NCBI RefSeq assembly: GCF_964194025.1
Contig: NC_134474.1
Coordinates: 20,398,001-20,436,132 of the forward strand
DNA from: Convolutriloba macropyga
Taxonomy: Eukaryota
Length of the DNA stretch: 38,132 bases
Direction of reading: 5' to 3'
Under the pieces are notes generated by a model. That model was not told where the DNA came from. It worked only from the letters and a program-made list of their open reading frames with translations, and ran no database searches. The position numbers and the translations under genes were made by a program. Shown one piece after another: positions 1 to 13,730 of this stretch (positions within the stretch are counted from its first letter, which is position 1; each line of letters begins with the position of its first letter).

Positions 1-124
1 CTTCATATTGTCAAATTGTCAACTTTGGTCCTATGTTTCAGACAAAAGTTTTCTCTGTTGACCTCTTCGTATTATTTGTTTCCCTAATCAGAGTATATAG
101 CCAAGAAAGCGATGTTTTCCTCGT

Positions 125-960
125 CTCATGAAATCAGCAGTTAAAAAAGGAGAAGCAGTGATCTCAAGAAGTTTGTTCATCGGATTTTGTCAACTTGTCT
201 CCGATGAGAAAAAGAAGAGAAGGTGCCACGCCCCGCAGTACTTGATACATGTCGTCACATGGCACAGTAAGTGGAACATTTTTGATCAACGTAGAAATAT
301 CAGTAGGCCCATTGAAGGCTCTGAGAAATCAAACTGTGTTTTCATTACACTTGTGTAGGCTTCATATCGTCAAACTGTCAACTTTGTTCCTATGGATCTG
401 ATAGAAGAATCCTTTGTTGCCGTCTCCGTTTCATTTGTTTTTTAATCAGAGTGTATAGCCAAAATGAACAATGTTTTGCTGAGTATGCGAGTACGGAAGA
501 TTCAGTTGGTTACATAGCCAATAACGTTTTGATTGGAAACTTAACTTACTGAAACATTCTAAACAAATGAAAACTCGCTTTGAAGAGTTTCTGTAAACTG
601 TCTGAAAAGCGTGTTCCAATCAGGTTTGCCTCAGTCAATCCATTATTAACCAAAAATAATTTTATCAGAATTGGATTTCCAGATCTGAAATATGTGATGA
701 ATCCCAAGCAAGAGAGGCCACAAATACAATTAAAAAAAATTAATTGCGAGAACAGAAATAAATGCAAGTCTTTTGAAGAACGCGATGCAGAAATGAACGT
801 AGACATTGAATTGAGATTCTTCCTTAGAAAAGCTAAAGGTCTGTTTTGGATTATAGTGCAATTGACAGGTCTTCATCACGTGATAAATTATTCTTTAAGG
901 CAGCGTTAACGGTCTCGTCATTCATTTGCTTTGTTGATTTCTGCGATGGCGCACAATTTT
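125..960. repeat. Copy A of a diverged segmental duplication (copy B ~2333-3230; partial third copy 1-120)
   Basis: tctcatgaaatcagcagttaaaaa... occurs at 125 and 2333, with colinear similarity to ~715/~2940 and again at 774-960/3045-3230. Positions 1-120 match 359-480 (cttcatat.gtcaaa.tgtcaacttt...). Confidence 0.9.
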
Positions 961-2332
961 CGCTGCTCGGAAATGACATTTTTATTAGTTTCATCTAAAC
1001 TAAATGTAAAGTACTATACGAATCGATGCATATGCGATATCTAAAACACAAGTAATTTGACAAAAGATAAAATCAATCTTGCGAAATTAAGCACCAGTTT
1101 TTTAAATCTTTTATGGCTCACTCATTGTAGTTTACATCGCAGCACTGAGCGAAATATGAGAAATTTTGTCACATGAAAAGTAACATCAACATTAACTGCA
1201 AGAAACTTCCAGAATTGGCTTGGGGTTGTGAAAGCTCTCAAACCAAAAATGCCAAACAAACAGGTACTTCACCGCTAAAATCTACTACCAATCAATTCCA
1301 GATTTGCATTTTTTGTCCGACCCCGAAGCATGGAAAATTGGGATCCAGTTCATTTGCTGGTCTTGAGTATGTTGCAATGACTTTCTGTAGATGACTACAA
1401 CAAATAATAATTTTTAGATCAAACTTCTAATGAGGATTTGTTTCCACGGTCTAGATCAATTTTTAAGAACTAGCGTCTGAACGTCGATTTTGAAACAAAA
1501 TGGTTTGTCTGACACCTCAGGAGTGGAACTCAATCGACTCTTTTGTTTTGTCTGTCAGCTGCAATTAAATTATCAGGAGAATAATTTGCAATTGTTTTAC
1601 ACAAAAAAATTTTAAATACAGTCAATTTCATGAGTTTTTCAAATATGACATCTTCATTAATAGTTTGTACAATTTCCCAATTCCGAATAAAAAAATGGTA
1701 CACTTTTACCGTTGAGTGAGAATATCGGTTTAATTTATGCAATTGGCTGAACAAAACAAAAACAAATTTTTGTTTGCTGATTGCAAAGAACACTCAGATT
1801 GACATGTTTTTTGTACCTTTAGAGATAAAAGAAACTATGCGCTATGAACGAGAAACAGAGTCAAGCAAAAAATCTGTAATTTTTAAGTAGAATGAAGCTG
1901 AGCAGCAAGAAGTTTATGATCAACTTTAAACTGCTACAGCTCCTTGTTTTAAAAAATTTTGTTCCAAAGAGGCAGACACAGATCGCAACGCTTAATTGAA
2001 AGATTTTTGCGGTAACAACTCCTCCTTATATATCGTTCTATCAAAAAACTTTCAGCGAAACACTTTTTCACACTCAGAGGGTAACTGGAGTGATGTTACA
2101 CCAAAAACACCTGATCGGATCTGCAGTTAAAAGATGGAACCGTTCAATTGGGTTTTCAGCCAACAGACAATGTCGGGAAGAAAATAAAAGTAAATGTGTG
2201 GAAAGCCTCTACATAAAACACGTATAAATTTTTGTTAGCAAAATCCCTGTCCCCAAACACAGCTGCCAGATAGAAAAGCCAGTTTTTCAACTCTTAGCTG
2301 TGCTAACTCCAATTCATCCAAAGTCGCCGAGA

Positions 2333-3230
2333 TCTCATGAAATCAGCAGTTAAAAAGGAGAGGCAGTGATCTCATCAAGTTTGTTCATCTCAAGTTTGTT
2401 CATCGGATTTTGTCAACTTGTCTCCGATGAGAAAATGAAGAGAAGGTAACACGCCAGGCAGTACTTGATACAGGTCGTCACATGGCACAGTAAGTGGAAC
2501 ATTTTTTATCAACGTAGAAACATCAGTAGGCCCATTGAAGGCTCTGAGAAATCAAATTGCGTTTTCATTACGCTTGTGTAGGCTTCATATCGTCAAACTG
2601 TCAACTTTGTTCCTATGGATCTGATAGAAGAATCCTTTGTTGGCGTTTTCGTTTCATTTGTTTTTTAATCAGAGTGTATAGCCAAAAAAACGATGATTTG
2701 CTGAAAATGCGGGTACGGAAGCTTCTCTCGGTTAATTAGCCACCAATATTTTGATTGGAAACTTTACTTACTGAACCATTCTAAACAGCTGGAAACTCGC
2801 TTCAAGTTTCTGTAAATTGGTTGAAAAACTTGTTCCAATCAGGTTTGCCTCAGTCAATCCATTATTAACAAAATCAATATTATCACAATTGGATTGCAAG
2901 ACCTGAAATAAATGATGAATCCCGAGCACGAGAGGCCATAAGGGTTGCTTCTTCGAATAGAAAAACTCAACAGCCGCAGAGTAAGTTGATAATCAAATAA
3001 CTATTATATTGAACAAACAAATATAGCGGGTTGTTTGAGTACTCTGAAGAACGCGATGCAGAAATGTACGAAGATTTTGAAGTGAGAGTACTCCTTAGAA
3101 CAGCTAAAGGTCTGGTTTGGAATACAGTGCAATTGACTGGTCTTCATCACGTGATAAAGTAGTCTTCAAGGCCCCGTTAACGGTCTCATCATTTATTTGT
3201 TTTGTTGATTTCTGCAATGGCACGCAATTT
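2333..3230. repeat. Copy B of the 125-960 duplication
   Basis: Colinear near-identity with 125-960. It carries an extra short internal duplication (tcaagtttgttcatc twice, ~2375-2404). Confidence 0.9.
2385..2902 (-). pseudogene. Two phase-compatible exons of an unidentified, probably decayed host gene
   Basis: Minus strand: acceptor tttcag, exon 2902-2772 (VLQSNCDNIDFVNNGLTEANLIGTSFSTNLQKLEASFQLFRMV-ca), donor gtaagt, intron 2771-2544, acceptor ttctcag. The next exon continues in frame (Q-AFNGPTDVSTLIKNVPLTVPCDDLYQVLPGVLPSLHFLIGDKLTKSDEQT*). The same splice sites are present in copy A (exon 684-550). Stops follow and the product is not recognised. Confidence 0.4.
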
Positions 3231-5137
3231 TTGCCGCAATTTTTGCTGCAATGGCACGCAATGGCTCGCAAAATCAAAGAAATGAAATTTTTGTTCAATC
3301 TTGAAAGCTTGCGTCTGATGTACATCGACGGTTATTAACTCCTATGACCCAGATCACAAAATTCTGCTGCACAAACATATGTGCAGATCCGCTCAGTAGA
3401 GTTTCCTTGGCACGTTTGTGTGATGAGTCAAAGAAATGGTCTTTAATTGCTCCTAAAGAGAAACTGAGGGTCATAGTATATTCTACACCGATTGGCGAGG
3501 AAACGAAATAGTTTTTCTTCCGTTCAAAGTTGGTTACCTATTTTTCCAGAACCGATGCCAATTTGTAATGAACTGATTGTCCTTTTCATGGAGGCAAGAA
3601 TGGAGCAGAAAATGATTAGGTTTGGCGTCGTTTTTTTCATAGCAAAAGACATTAGCTTGACATCTGTTGGCATTATTACGAAAGCACTACTGCACAGATT
3701 TCTTTCTCCAGAAGAATCAATGCCGTTTGTTACTCTTATTTCATTGTTTTGGTCTACATACCCAAGTGTGTGCAACTGGCGTAATTTGATCTCTTTCAGG
3801 ACAACGATGCTTATCTTTGCATGATTGGTTGGCCTAGCATGTTTGACCTAACATGACCCGATCAATTCAATCGTTCTGCGCCTTTCTAAAAATTGAAGCG
3901 TCCTTGAACTCGCCATTTCCTCATTTGGAAATATGTCAAAAAATAGCCAATAATCGAGGGCTCAGAATGTTATTGTTTTGACTTCCTAGTTTGGAAGCTG
4001 TTCTCACCTACTTATAATACACGGTATCCACAAAAGAGTCTCGTTTGAAGAACATTGTTTCACCCATGCCGTTTAATAGGTGTCACTTAACAGACAATTG
4101 AACTCAAAAAGTGCAGAATTGTTAGCCAAATCTTTCCTATATCCTTTTGGTGAAAGCATCAGTGCCAACGATTCAGAAGGAGAGTCTTCTGTTTAAATAA
4201 TTCTTTCTGTTACTGGTTCAGACACCTTGCCCAACTCTCAAGCAATTAAGATTTTTGTAAAGGCAATGGAACATTAATTATTGGAACTGAAAATGTGCAA
4301 CTCATTTTCTAAAAAAAGTAATTACACTAGTTCAAATCTATATAGGGTGGTTCAAACACAAAAAAAAACATTATCACCTAAAATGTCCGTGACTAGCCTA
4401 CCAAAAAACATTGAAGATTTAGAAGTTATAAAAAGGCATAAATTAAACTCAACAAGACTGAGCTACGAAATGCAGGTTAGAGAAAAAAAGGTCACGCGCA
4501 AAGTCGTCAATAACAAAAACATATGCACAGAATGCAAACTTATATTTTGACTTTTTCTTGTCAAGTTTGAGTTTTATATAGAAACGCAGCTTTTATGTGG
4601 CACGGTGAATGTCTTTGTATGCTGCTTCCAGGGTATCTTTTTTGTACAACCAGTTCAACTATACACCCTCTCGTTCAAACATTGCTGTTTAAATCACTTT
4701 CCGATGCTGTTGTTTGGCTACGATGTGTAGTTTGAGTTTCAATTGCTTACGTTTACTATACAAAGCGCAACCCAGCTGAGATTCAAAATTGGCAGCGCTG
4801 CTTTGGGCTAGAACTTGACTGAAAGTATTACCTTCGTGCATGACTGGCAGATAAATAGCCGTATTGCCCTCAGACGGTAGCTAGCCTGTCTTGATAAGAG
4901 AATAATACGTCAATACGTTGATTTCGTTTGCTCATATATGAACAGCAAGGCATGAGTTTGATTTCAATTTTGTCGCCATTTTAGTCTATTTATTCATCAG
5001 TTTCAATGTCAAACGAGTACCAAACTTGATCCTTAAACTCCAAAACTTATACTTTCAAATTTAGTTAGTTTATCAAAAGTTGTATGAAAGTAGCCACAAT
5101 TTGCAAAGATTAGAATCTGCGCTAACGCGGCGGAACT

Positions 5138-5450
5138 CATTTCCGACAAGATTTTGTTAGCTTTAGCAACATTTAATGAGACCATGTTGTTAAAACTGAA
5201 ATTCCATACTGGGCTGTTAATATGCCCCAATTATGAATCTTCCTGGTAATGTGCTTCCAAGTACAGCTTCGACCCTTTGACCATTGACATTTTTTATGAC
5301 CGGAATATTTCGTGCCAAAACGCACTGTTTTGATTCGGCAGAAAAGGCTAGCTATCGTTATTTTCTGAGGGAAAATCCAGCGAAGACCTTTTGCTCTCTT
5401 TTCATCCTGTCGTGAGGTTTTAGAATAATTTATTCGGGCGTATTGCTTCA
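5138..5450. repeat. ~310-bp dispersed direct repeat (second copy ~7846-8150)
   Basis: atttccgacaagattttg(t/c)tagctttagcaacattta ... ttttcatcctgtc(g/a)tgagg ... tttattcgggc is present at both sites. Confidence 0.85.
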
Positions 5451-5889
5451 TGTGGGCCCGGTACAAGTTGGAATAAAATGATTGCCGTTATTTACAGAAG
5501 ACATAGTTTTATATGCAAAGTGGACAGATTGGTTGCATCTAATGATTAGAAAAGAACGAAAAGTACGGACGATTGACTCTTCTTTTTGGCGCAGCGAACT
5601 TTAAAGAGGTTTCAAGCTGGAAAGCTACGCTTCCACTTCCCTTTCAATATTTTCACCGAACTAAAAAAAACTGGTTTCCGAAGGTTTTTCCTACAAAATC
5701 AATCAGTTCAAGGTTGGTAACCGAAAAACACAAATAAGTGGTTGACCATTCTCAATACTTTAGCTGATCAGATTACAAGACTACTCTAGCTGTAATTAAG
5801 TTTTAGGACAACCCAATAGAAGCAGTGACGGAATGGAATCTAAAATAAATTGATTTGTTTACCACAACTTTCAGTTTCAATTTGATTGC

Positions 5890-8800
5890 TGTTCAAATTA
5901 TTTTCCAACTAACGAATCGAAATGTTTTCCCCCAGTTATCAGATGAATTGCGATTAGGCTGAAGACTCAAAAACAGGTTTTTTGAAAAATGCGTGTTTAT
6001 GAACTCTCCTGCGTTTAGCGAGAATGAAAAACAAAATGGAAATACACACCAAATCCCAAGTGTAATTTGGAGATCACGAAAGTGATAAGATATTACGTCT
6101 TGCAATTTTTGTGCAATTTATTGGCTGTTTTTAGGGGATCGGGCAACAAAAAATCAGGTTCTTTTTTTGATAGGCGTTTACGAACTCTCTAGTTTTTGGG
6201 TGAGACTGAAGAGAGAAGAAAAATATTTCCCCAGCATCCAGTGGAGGTAGTATGTTTTAAATATCATGAAGTTCGGAGTAATTATGTCTTCGGGACTATC
6301 AGCCAAGTATGAAGTACACTATGATTGAGTAGACTACAAAAAAGTTGTTTTTGATAAGTTGTGTTTATGAACTACCCTGTTCTTGGGCGAAACTAGAAAA
6401 GAGCGAATATACTCCCCGACTATTGGGTAGGGCTATTATAAACCAAAGGTCTTTAATTTCAATAAAATTGTGTTCTCGGAATGGCCAGCCAACTATCGGG
6501 TAGAATTTGTGTAAGTCGCCGCCAAAAAAAGAGGTCATTTTAATGATATGCGTTCTTGGATTTGCCAATTTTTGGTTCACACTATAAAAGGTAGAAAATA
6601 TCCCTAAACTCTCAACTGGAACTAGTATTAAAAGGTTCTTTAGTTAAATTTGAAGTGAAATTGAAAAAAAGGAAATTTCCCTCAAATATCAGCTGCAATC
6701 AGCGGTTAAATAATGATCTTTTTCCAAATGAAGCCCTAATTTTCGCTTCGTAGTTGAGTGGTCCGACGACAGAAAACAGAATATGTCAATGATGTGCATA
6801 TATGAAGTCATTAGGTTTTGGTTGAGACCGAAAAAAATTGAAATTTACTCCAACTATTGCCTAGATTTAGCGAAAACTAAAAAACACAATTTTTGAAAAA
6901 AATTATATTCTACGATTTATCCCCGAATTATCGTTTGGAGCTCTAGTGAGCCAACTACATGAAAACAGGTTTTTTTAATCGCTTAACTTTTTGAATGACC
7001 AAGCGTTGGTGTAGGAACGGACAAAGAATTGAAGCATCCCAACTGTCGGGCGAGCTGGTGTATATTGAAGGTTTTGATTTTCGGAAAAATTGTGCGTTAC
7101 GAAATATTTAAAAAATTATGGAATTAAAATCGAGAGATTTGGGAGCAAAAAAACAGACTCTTTTTATGATGTGCGTTTTTTAATCCCACGTTTATGTGTG
7201 AAACTTTAAAAAGAATAAAAATTTCCGGAAGTATTATTTTTTTGAATTATCCCCCACATGTCACGTGGACTTGGGTAGAACCGATGACAAAAACAGGCTA
7301 TTCTAATGATACGCATTTATGAAGATGTAAGTTTTTGGTTGCGACTGAAAATAGGATGCGAAATTATCGGGTGGAACCAATGTATATTAAAGATGACGAC
7401 CTTATGAAAAACTATGCTCTAGGAATTACCCGCCAACTATCGGTTAATTTGCGAGAGCCGAGAACATGAAAGTAGACTTTTTTTTAATGTGCGTTCATTT
7501 ACCCCGCTATTTTTTGGGTGAGACTGAAAAAAGCGGAAATATCCCCAAAGTATCATGTCAAATTAGTGTAATTTGAAGATCATGAAATTCGGATAAATTA
7601 TATTTTGGGAGTTACCCGCCGACTATCAGTTGGAATTTATTATAATATCCATCAATTATCGGGTAGAACTTGTGTAAATTGAAGATCATGATTTTCAAAA
7701 ATTTTATGCTTTCGGAAAACAATGACAATTATTGGATTGAAAATGAGTGAACTGGCAACAAAAAGGTTACCTTAATGATGGGCGTTTACAAACTCTTTAA
7801 TTTTTGGGAGCCGATAACATAAAAACAGGCGCTTCCAATAAACCTATTTCCGACAAGATTTTGCTAGCTTTAGCAACATTTAGTGAGACCGGATGGTGAA
7901 AAATTTAACTCCATAATATGTTATCAGTGCGCCCAGTCACGAATCTCCTGGTGATATGTTCCGACGTACAGCTTCTACCCTTTGACCTTTGAAATTTTAT
8001 CGAGCAGACACGGTTTGCGCCAAAACGGACCTTTGTGAGCTGGCAGAAAAGGCTAGCTATTGTTTTTTTAAATAGAAAATTCTTTTAAGACCTCTTGCTC
8101 TCTTTTCATCCTGTCATGAGGTGCTTCAACATTTTTATTCGGGCATATGCCGTCGATATTGTACCCCAATTGTCAAGCGGGTAATAAGTGAGCCGACGTC
8201 ATAAATGTCATCAATGACTTGCGTTTATGAAATCCACAGCTTTAAGTCGAGAGTGATAGAAGAATTGAAATTACCCACAACTTTCGAGTGGCACCATTGT
8301 AATTCAAAATCCTGCATTTCGCAACAACTATGTCGAGGGAATTATCATCCATCTACCAAGTGCGAACTTTGAATGAGCCAGCAACACATAAAGAGGCTCG
8401 TTTAAGGATGGGAGTGCACCAACACTCCAGTTTTTGTTGAGACTGTTAACACCCCAACTAACGGGTACAAAAAGTATTAAGTAAAGATCATGGGTTTTGG
8501 AAAGATTATGTTCTTGGCTATTTTTCACAAAATATTGGATGAACTTGGAGCAAGCCGTCTCTTTTAAAGATGTGCTTTTACGAACTCCCCATCTTTTGGG
8601 TGAGACTAATAAAGAAACGAAATATCCCCGAACAATAGGTTGAAACTAGAGCAAATTTGAGAACTCTTCGGTATTTGGGGTGAGACTAAAAAAGAATGTG
8701 AACACTCCGATACTAGCAATTGGAACTAGTGTACTTCAGAGATCATAAATTTCGGAAAGATAATGTTTCTGTAATTATCCCGGGTGGACTTTCGGGTGAG

Positions 8801-9030
8801 ACTCCTTGTGATCCGTCAACAAAAACAAGGCTCTTTTGACGCTGTGCGTTTACCAACTCCCCAGTTTTTGGACGAAATTGAAAACCAGAATTGAAATATC
8901 TCTCAACTATCGAGTAGAGCTAGTGTAAATTGAAGGAATTATCGGCCAACTACCGAGTGGATTTCAATTGAGTCAGCAACAGTAAAATAAGATCCTTAAA
9001 GATGGGCGTTTACAGACTCCCAGTTTTTCT
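5890..9030. repeat. Degenerate tandem satellite, unit ~185-190 bp, roughly 15 copies, interrupted by the 7846-8150 insert
   Basis: A motif approximating gtgcgtttatgaactccccagtttttgggtgagactgaaaa...aactatcgggtggaactagtg recurs at about 5990, 6173, 6360, 6548, 6793, 7170, 7310, 7488, 7780, 8220, 8571, 8843 and 9003. Confidence 0.8.
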
Positions 9031-9335
9031 TCAGAGTGCAATATCAGAAAAATCGTAAAAGTTTCAAAACAAAACTTTAGAAAGGCCAGGTGGAAAAAAG
9101 CTGCACTCATTATCTAAACGTCAGAAATTGTGAATCAATATTTGGAGAGATGTGTCGGGGCACTTGGCAAATTGTCTCTGAGGGGACTAGACAGACATTT
9201 TTTTTGTTTTTAAAAAGGTATTCGAAAATCGATGAAATATAAGACTCTTTAAATCACTTTTAAGACAAAAAATTTATCTATTGTCGTTGAATAAAGTAAA
9301 AATGAAAGCGATTGAGCAGTAATTATTTTCAGAAA

Positions 9336-11340
9336 TTTTCCACCTATGTTAGAGTAGGTTCAAAGCCATCCTCGCCAGGAAAATTGGAGAAGATAAATGA
9401 GTAAAATGTAGATTGATAGGCGTTTAATATGCGTTTTTGAAGCCATGAACGAAAAACAAGTAAACTCCCACAAAGAAATAAGGACATCAATAATCAGATA
9501 TTTCACTTTTTTTTACTTTTCTCTCCAGATTAATGGAATTTTCCAATTTGTTAGTTTTGGAAATGCTAACTTTGATCAATCGCACACAAAAGGAGTTTAA
9601 CTATTGTATTACAATAACCAAAAAGCCTCTTTATATCCATGGCAAAACATCTATAATCCAAAAAAGACAGTTACAAAAATTAATCGTTTCTTTCGATGTT
9701 CAAAGGTACAATAAGAAATTTTTGGATAAAATCATTTGGATATAAAGTTCCAGCGTCAGAAAAATTATACAGTTTGAAGAAATTGTTAGTTTTGAGAGAT
9801 GGTAGAGCAATTACATTCTCTGTAGAACAATAAACAATGTTTCTTTATCAAAGAAGCATTATAAAAAGGTCGAGTAGCAACAAGAGTAATGTTATAGTGT
9901 TCAGAAATATGGATGGCAGTATTTTGCAACGTCAATGTTGCCCAAATAACCGCATAATAAGCAATAACAAAGTAAAAAAATGAAGGAATTTGACATTCCG
10001 TTGTTTATTTAATTTCTTCTTTTCCAGGGACGTTGCAGAGGCTATTTCTGCATAGAAAAAGAAATCATTAAATATTTTGTATTATGATGCGACACACTAA
10101 ATAAGCTGTGTTTTGTTTCTGAAAAACTTAGAAAGCAAAATCCGAGCAGAAATTTCGAGGCAACAATTAGAGATTAGAAGGGGTTTGACATTTCGTCTTT
10201 TTTCGGAGTTATATTTTCTTCAAAAGTTGTGGCCTTATTTCGCTGAAAAGAAACTGAAACGCAAATATTTATTTTCTATTATGATAAAAAGACCTAAAAT
10301 GAGTCCATTTTTATACCAAGAAGGTTGCAAAACAGAATTCCTACAAAAAAAACAGAATTTTTGCAGTGTTTTTTCAGGATCAATTGCTTTTCTAAAACAA
10401 TGAATTGCTCTCAAACAAAAAGTTTTTAAAATAATCATTTTGCAAAAATGATATGCTCTCTCTTTGTCTCTTCTTCAAGTTTTCCACTTATGTTAGAGTA
10501 GGTTCGGTGCCATCTTCGCCAGGGAAACTATAAAAGATAAATGAGTAAAATGTAGATTGTTATGCGTTTAACCTGCGTTTTGGATGGCATGAACGCAAAC
10601 AAAAAAAACTCCCACAAAAACAAGGGCGTCAATAATCAGACATTTCACTTTTTCACTTTTCCCTCCAGATTAATGGCCTTTTCCAATTTGTTAGTTTTGG
10701 AAATGCTAACTCTGATCAATCGCTTATAAAAGCAGTTTAACTTTTGTATTACAATAACCAATTCTTAGTATATCCATGGCAAAACAACTATACTCCAAAG
10801 AAGACAGTTACGTAAATCAATCGTTTTTTCGAAGTTCAATGGTATAATTAGACATTTTTGGATAAAAACATTTGGATATAAAGTTCCAGCGTCGGAAAAA
10901 TTATACAGTTTGAAAAAATTGTTAGTTTTGCGATATGGTAGAGCATTTACATTTTCTGTAGAAGAATAAGCAAAGTTTCTTTGTCAAAAAGGAGCATTAT
11001 AAAAAGGTCCAGTGTCAATATGGTAACATTATAGTGTTCAAAATCGGGCTTTTTTCTTTTTTGAGAAGTTGCAGACTTATTTCTTTGAAAAGAACCTGAA
11101 AAGCAGATATTTTTTTGTATTATTTTAATACGACTTAAAATGAGTCCATTTTGATACCAGAAAAGAAATCAAAATTCTTACAAAAATTATTGCCCGAACA
11201 ATTAGAGATTTCTCTTAATTGCAGCGTTTTTTTTCAGAATCAATTGCTTTTCTAAAACAATGAAATGCTCTCAAAATTAAAAGTTTTAAAGATAATTCCT
11301 TGGTAAAGATGAAATGCTCTGTCTCTGTCTCTTATTCGTC
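9336..11340. repeat. Tandem duplication, unit ~1.14 kb (9336-10478 and 10479-~11340), with more diverged relatives downstream
   Basis: ttttccac(c/t)tatgttagagtaggttc occurs at 9336 and 10479. The shared motif caattgctttt(c/a)taaa occurs at 10381, 11241, 12633 and 15651. Confidence 0.9.
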
Positions 11341-12589
11341 TCTGTCAAAATCATCGTCTCTGCCAAAGTTCAAAAACACAATATGAAATATTTTAAATAT
11401 TTTGAAGATTTTGTTAAGATGATGAAATTTTTTGAAGTTTCATCATCTTAACAGTTTTGGGTCTCTTAAAAATCATAGGAGACTTTGAGAGCACACTATT
11501 GCACTGAGTGACGACGGTGGATCAGCTACATTTTCTGTAGAAAAAAACAAACAATGATTTTTTAAATTAAAACCATCTTTGAAAAAAATATCTAATGTGA
11601 ACGTCATGGTATCCAGGTTTATAGATAGTCGTAAATGCAAGCTTTTAAACTGTCCTCATTGAATGAGCTTGACATTTTGTTTTTTTTAAAATTTTTTCAT
11701 CTCAAGGTATTTCGCAGAGGTTTTTCAGATTGAATCAAGCTATTATTTGTTGTGTATTAGGATATCACGCTCTAAGTCACTTCTATTGCAATAATAGGTA
11801 ACTTGGAAAACACAATTCCAAAAAACATTGGCTCAAGAATTAGTCATGTTTAATTTACTACAATGCTATTTTACCACAATATGTTATTTTGCTACAATAA
11901 CGAAAAACTCAATATATTCCTTGAATAGCAACTTTTTTTAAAAGACAGCTCAGGAATATAATAGTTACTTTCAAAGTTCAGAAACACAATTTGACATTTT
12001 TAATGATGTTATTGAAATTTCATGATCTCAAAAATTTTGGAGCTGAAAAGAGGTTTTTCTTACAATTACAACAGGAAAATGACTACAGAAAAATACACAA
12101 TGTTTCTTTATGAATTAAAGTTTTGAAAAAAAAACGCCAAGAGTCAACGTCATTATCTTCGAATTTGTAGATGACCGTAAATGCAAGTTTTTCAAATATC
12201 TTGAATGCCTGATTTGATTATTCATCTTTTGTTTACCTTATTCGTCTAAAGAAGCTGAATATGTTGTTTCTACATGAGAACGTTATTAAAGCAGATAAAA
12301 GTTATGTATTATAAAGACGTTAAACAATAATTGCGAAACCATGTAACAGCGAAACAGAACATAATTATTCCTTGAAATTTTTCGTTTTTCTTTTTTTATT
12401 TTTCCCCAGCTAGGGCAGTTGCAGAACTTTCCTGCTACAAACTGGAGAAAAAAGATAAGTTTTTTAATCTATCTTAACAAGGCGCATTAATTAATTAAAT
12501 TTTGATATCAAGAAAGTTATATATTTTGACAAGGCGCATCAATTAATTAAATTTTGATATCAAGAAAGTAATAAAATCCAACAAAAATG

Positions 12590-13730
12590 TTCCAAGAATT
12601 AAAAATTTCTAATTGTAATGTGTTTTCAAAATCAATTGCTTTTATAAAGTATTAAATGGTTTTTAAAAGCGAGATCTGTTAAAATCAACAGAATGCGGAG
12701 ACAATGAGCCCTGTTTTTACTACAATAACCTATGATAATTGTATATCCATTTTATAACCACTATTTCCTTAAAGGCCGAAGTTTCGTCATCTTAAAATCT
12801 CTGGTGCTAAAAAAACGTAGGAAACTTTTTGGAACACATTATTGGTTTGGAGCAACGACGGTAGGTCAATTACATTTTCTGAAGAAAATTAACAATTTTT
12901 TAAAAATTATACAGCAGTCTTGAAAACAATTGCCCTAAGTCAACATCATAATAATCAAAGGTATGTATCTAAAGCTATGATAACCAAAGCAAGGCACATT
13001 TTAAATGAAAGTTTTTCATCTATCTTTTTTTCTATGTAACGGCAAAACAAAAAAACACAATCTTTGAATCATATTGATACATCAATGTTTTTCATTTCTA
13101 GTGCAGTTGCAGATTTTTTCTGCTTAAAAACTGAAACATAAGTTAATAGGTATCATGTATCACAAGATGGAATAAATAAGTTTTTTCAGATTCCATGAAC
13201 GAAACAAAAAAAAACTCCAAAAAATGTCTTCCCAAGAGTCAGAAATCTGTCCATCATTTGGCTCTCGTAAAACTCCCCTAAAATAAATATCCTTTCTAAA
13301 ATAGTGAGTTTTTATCAATATTTAATCAACTGAACGATTGATGAGCTTTATTATGGCACTAGAGCAACTATGGCAATTTTATTAACTGGTATAATGAAAA
13401 TTCCTTATTGCAAAACGTTTTTTGCGCAAAAAAGTTTTGTAAGAAAAAACTCTGACTCATTGTTAGTTGGGAGTGACGGTGAAACGAGATACAGCACAAA
13501 CGATTCGATGTGCAATTGTTATTAGTTGTTGATGTTGTAGAACTTTTCAAACAATGGCTATATAGCACAGAATACCAACTCTAAACTGACCACCAACTTA
13601 ACCAACTCTAAATCACAATAAAAACTCTCAACTGACCACCAGGCTCTACTAACAGCCATAAAAAATTGAGGAAAACAAACGTACCAAAACCATTTAGCTT
13701 GTTGGGTAGACAAACTGCCACCTTTTACTT
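12590..13730. repeat. ~1.1-kb direct repeat (second copy ~15610-16680); both copies end in a Gypsy RNase H fragment
   Basis: Colinear shared blocks: ctaaag(g/a)ccgaagtttcgt, gatgagcttt(a/g)ttatgg, gagtgacggtg.aac.agatacagcacaaac and ccaccaggctctactaa. Confidence 0.85.
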
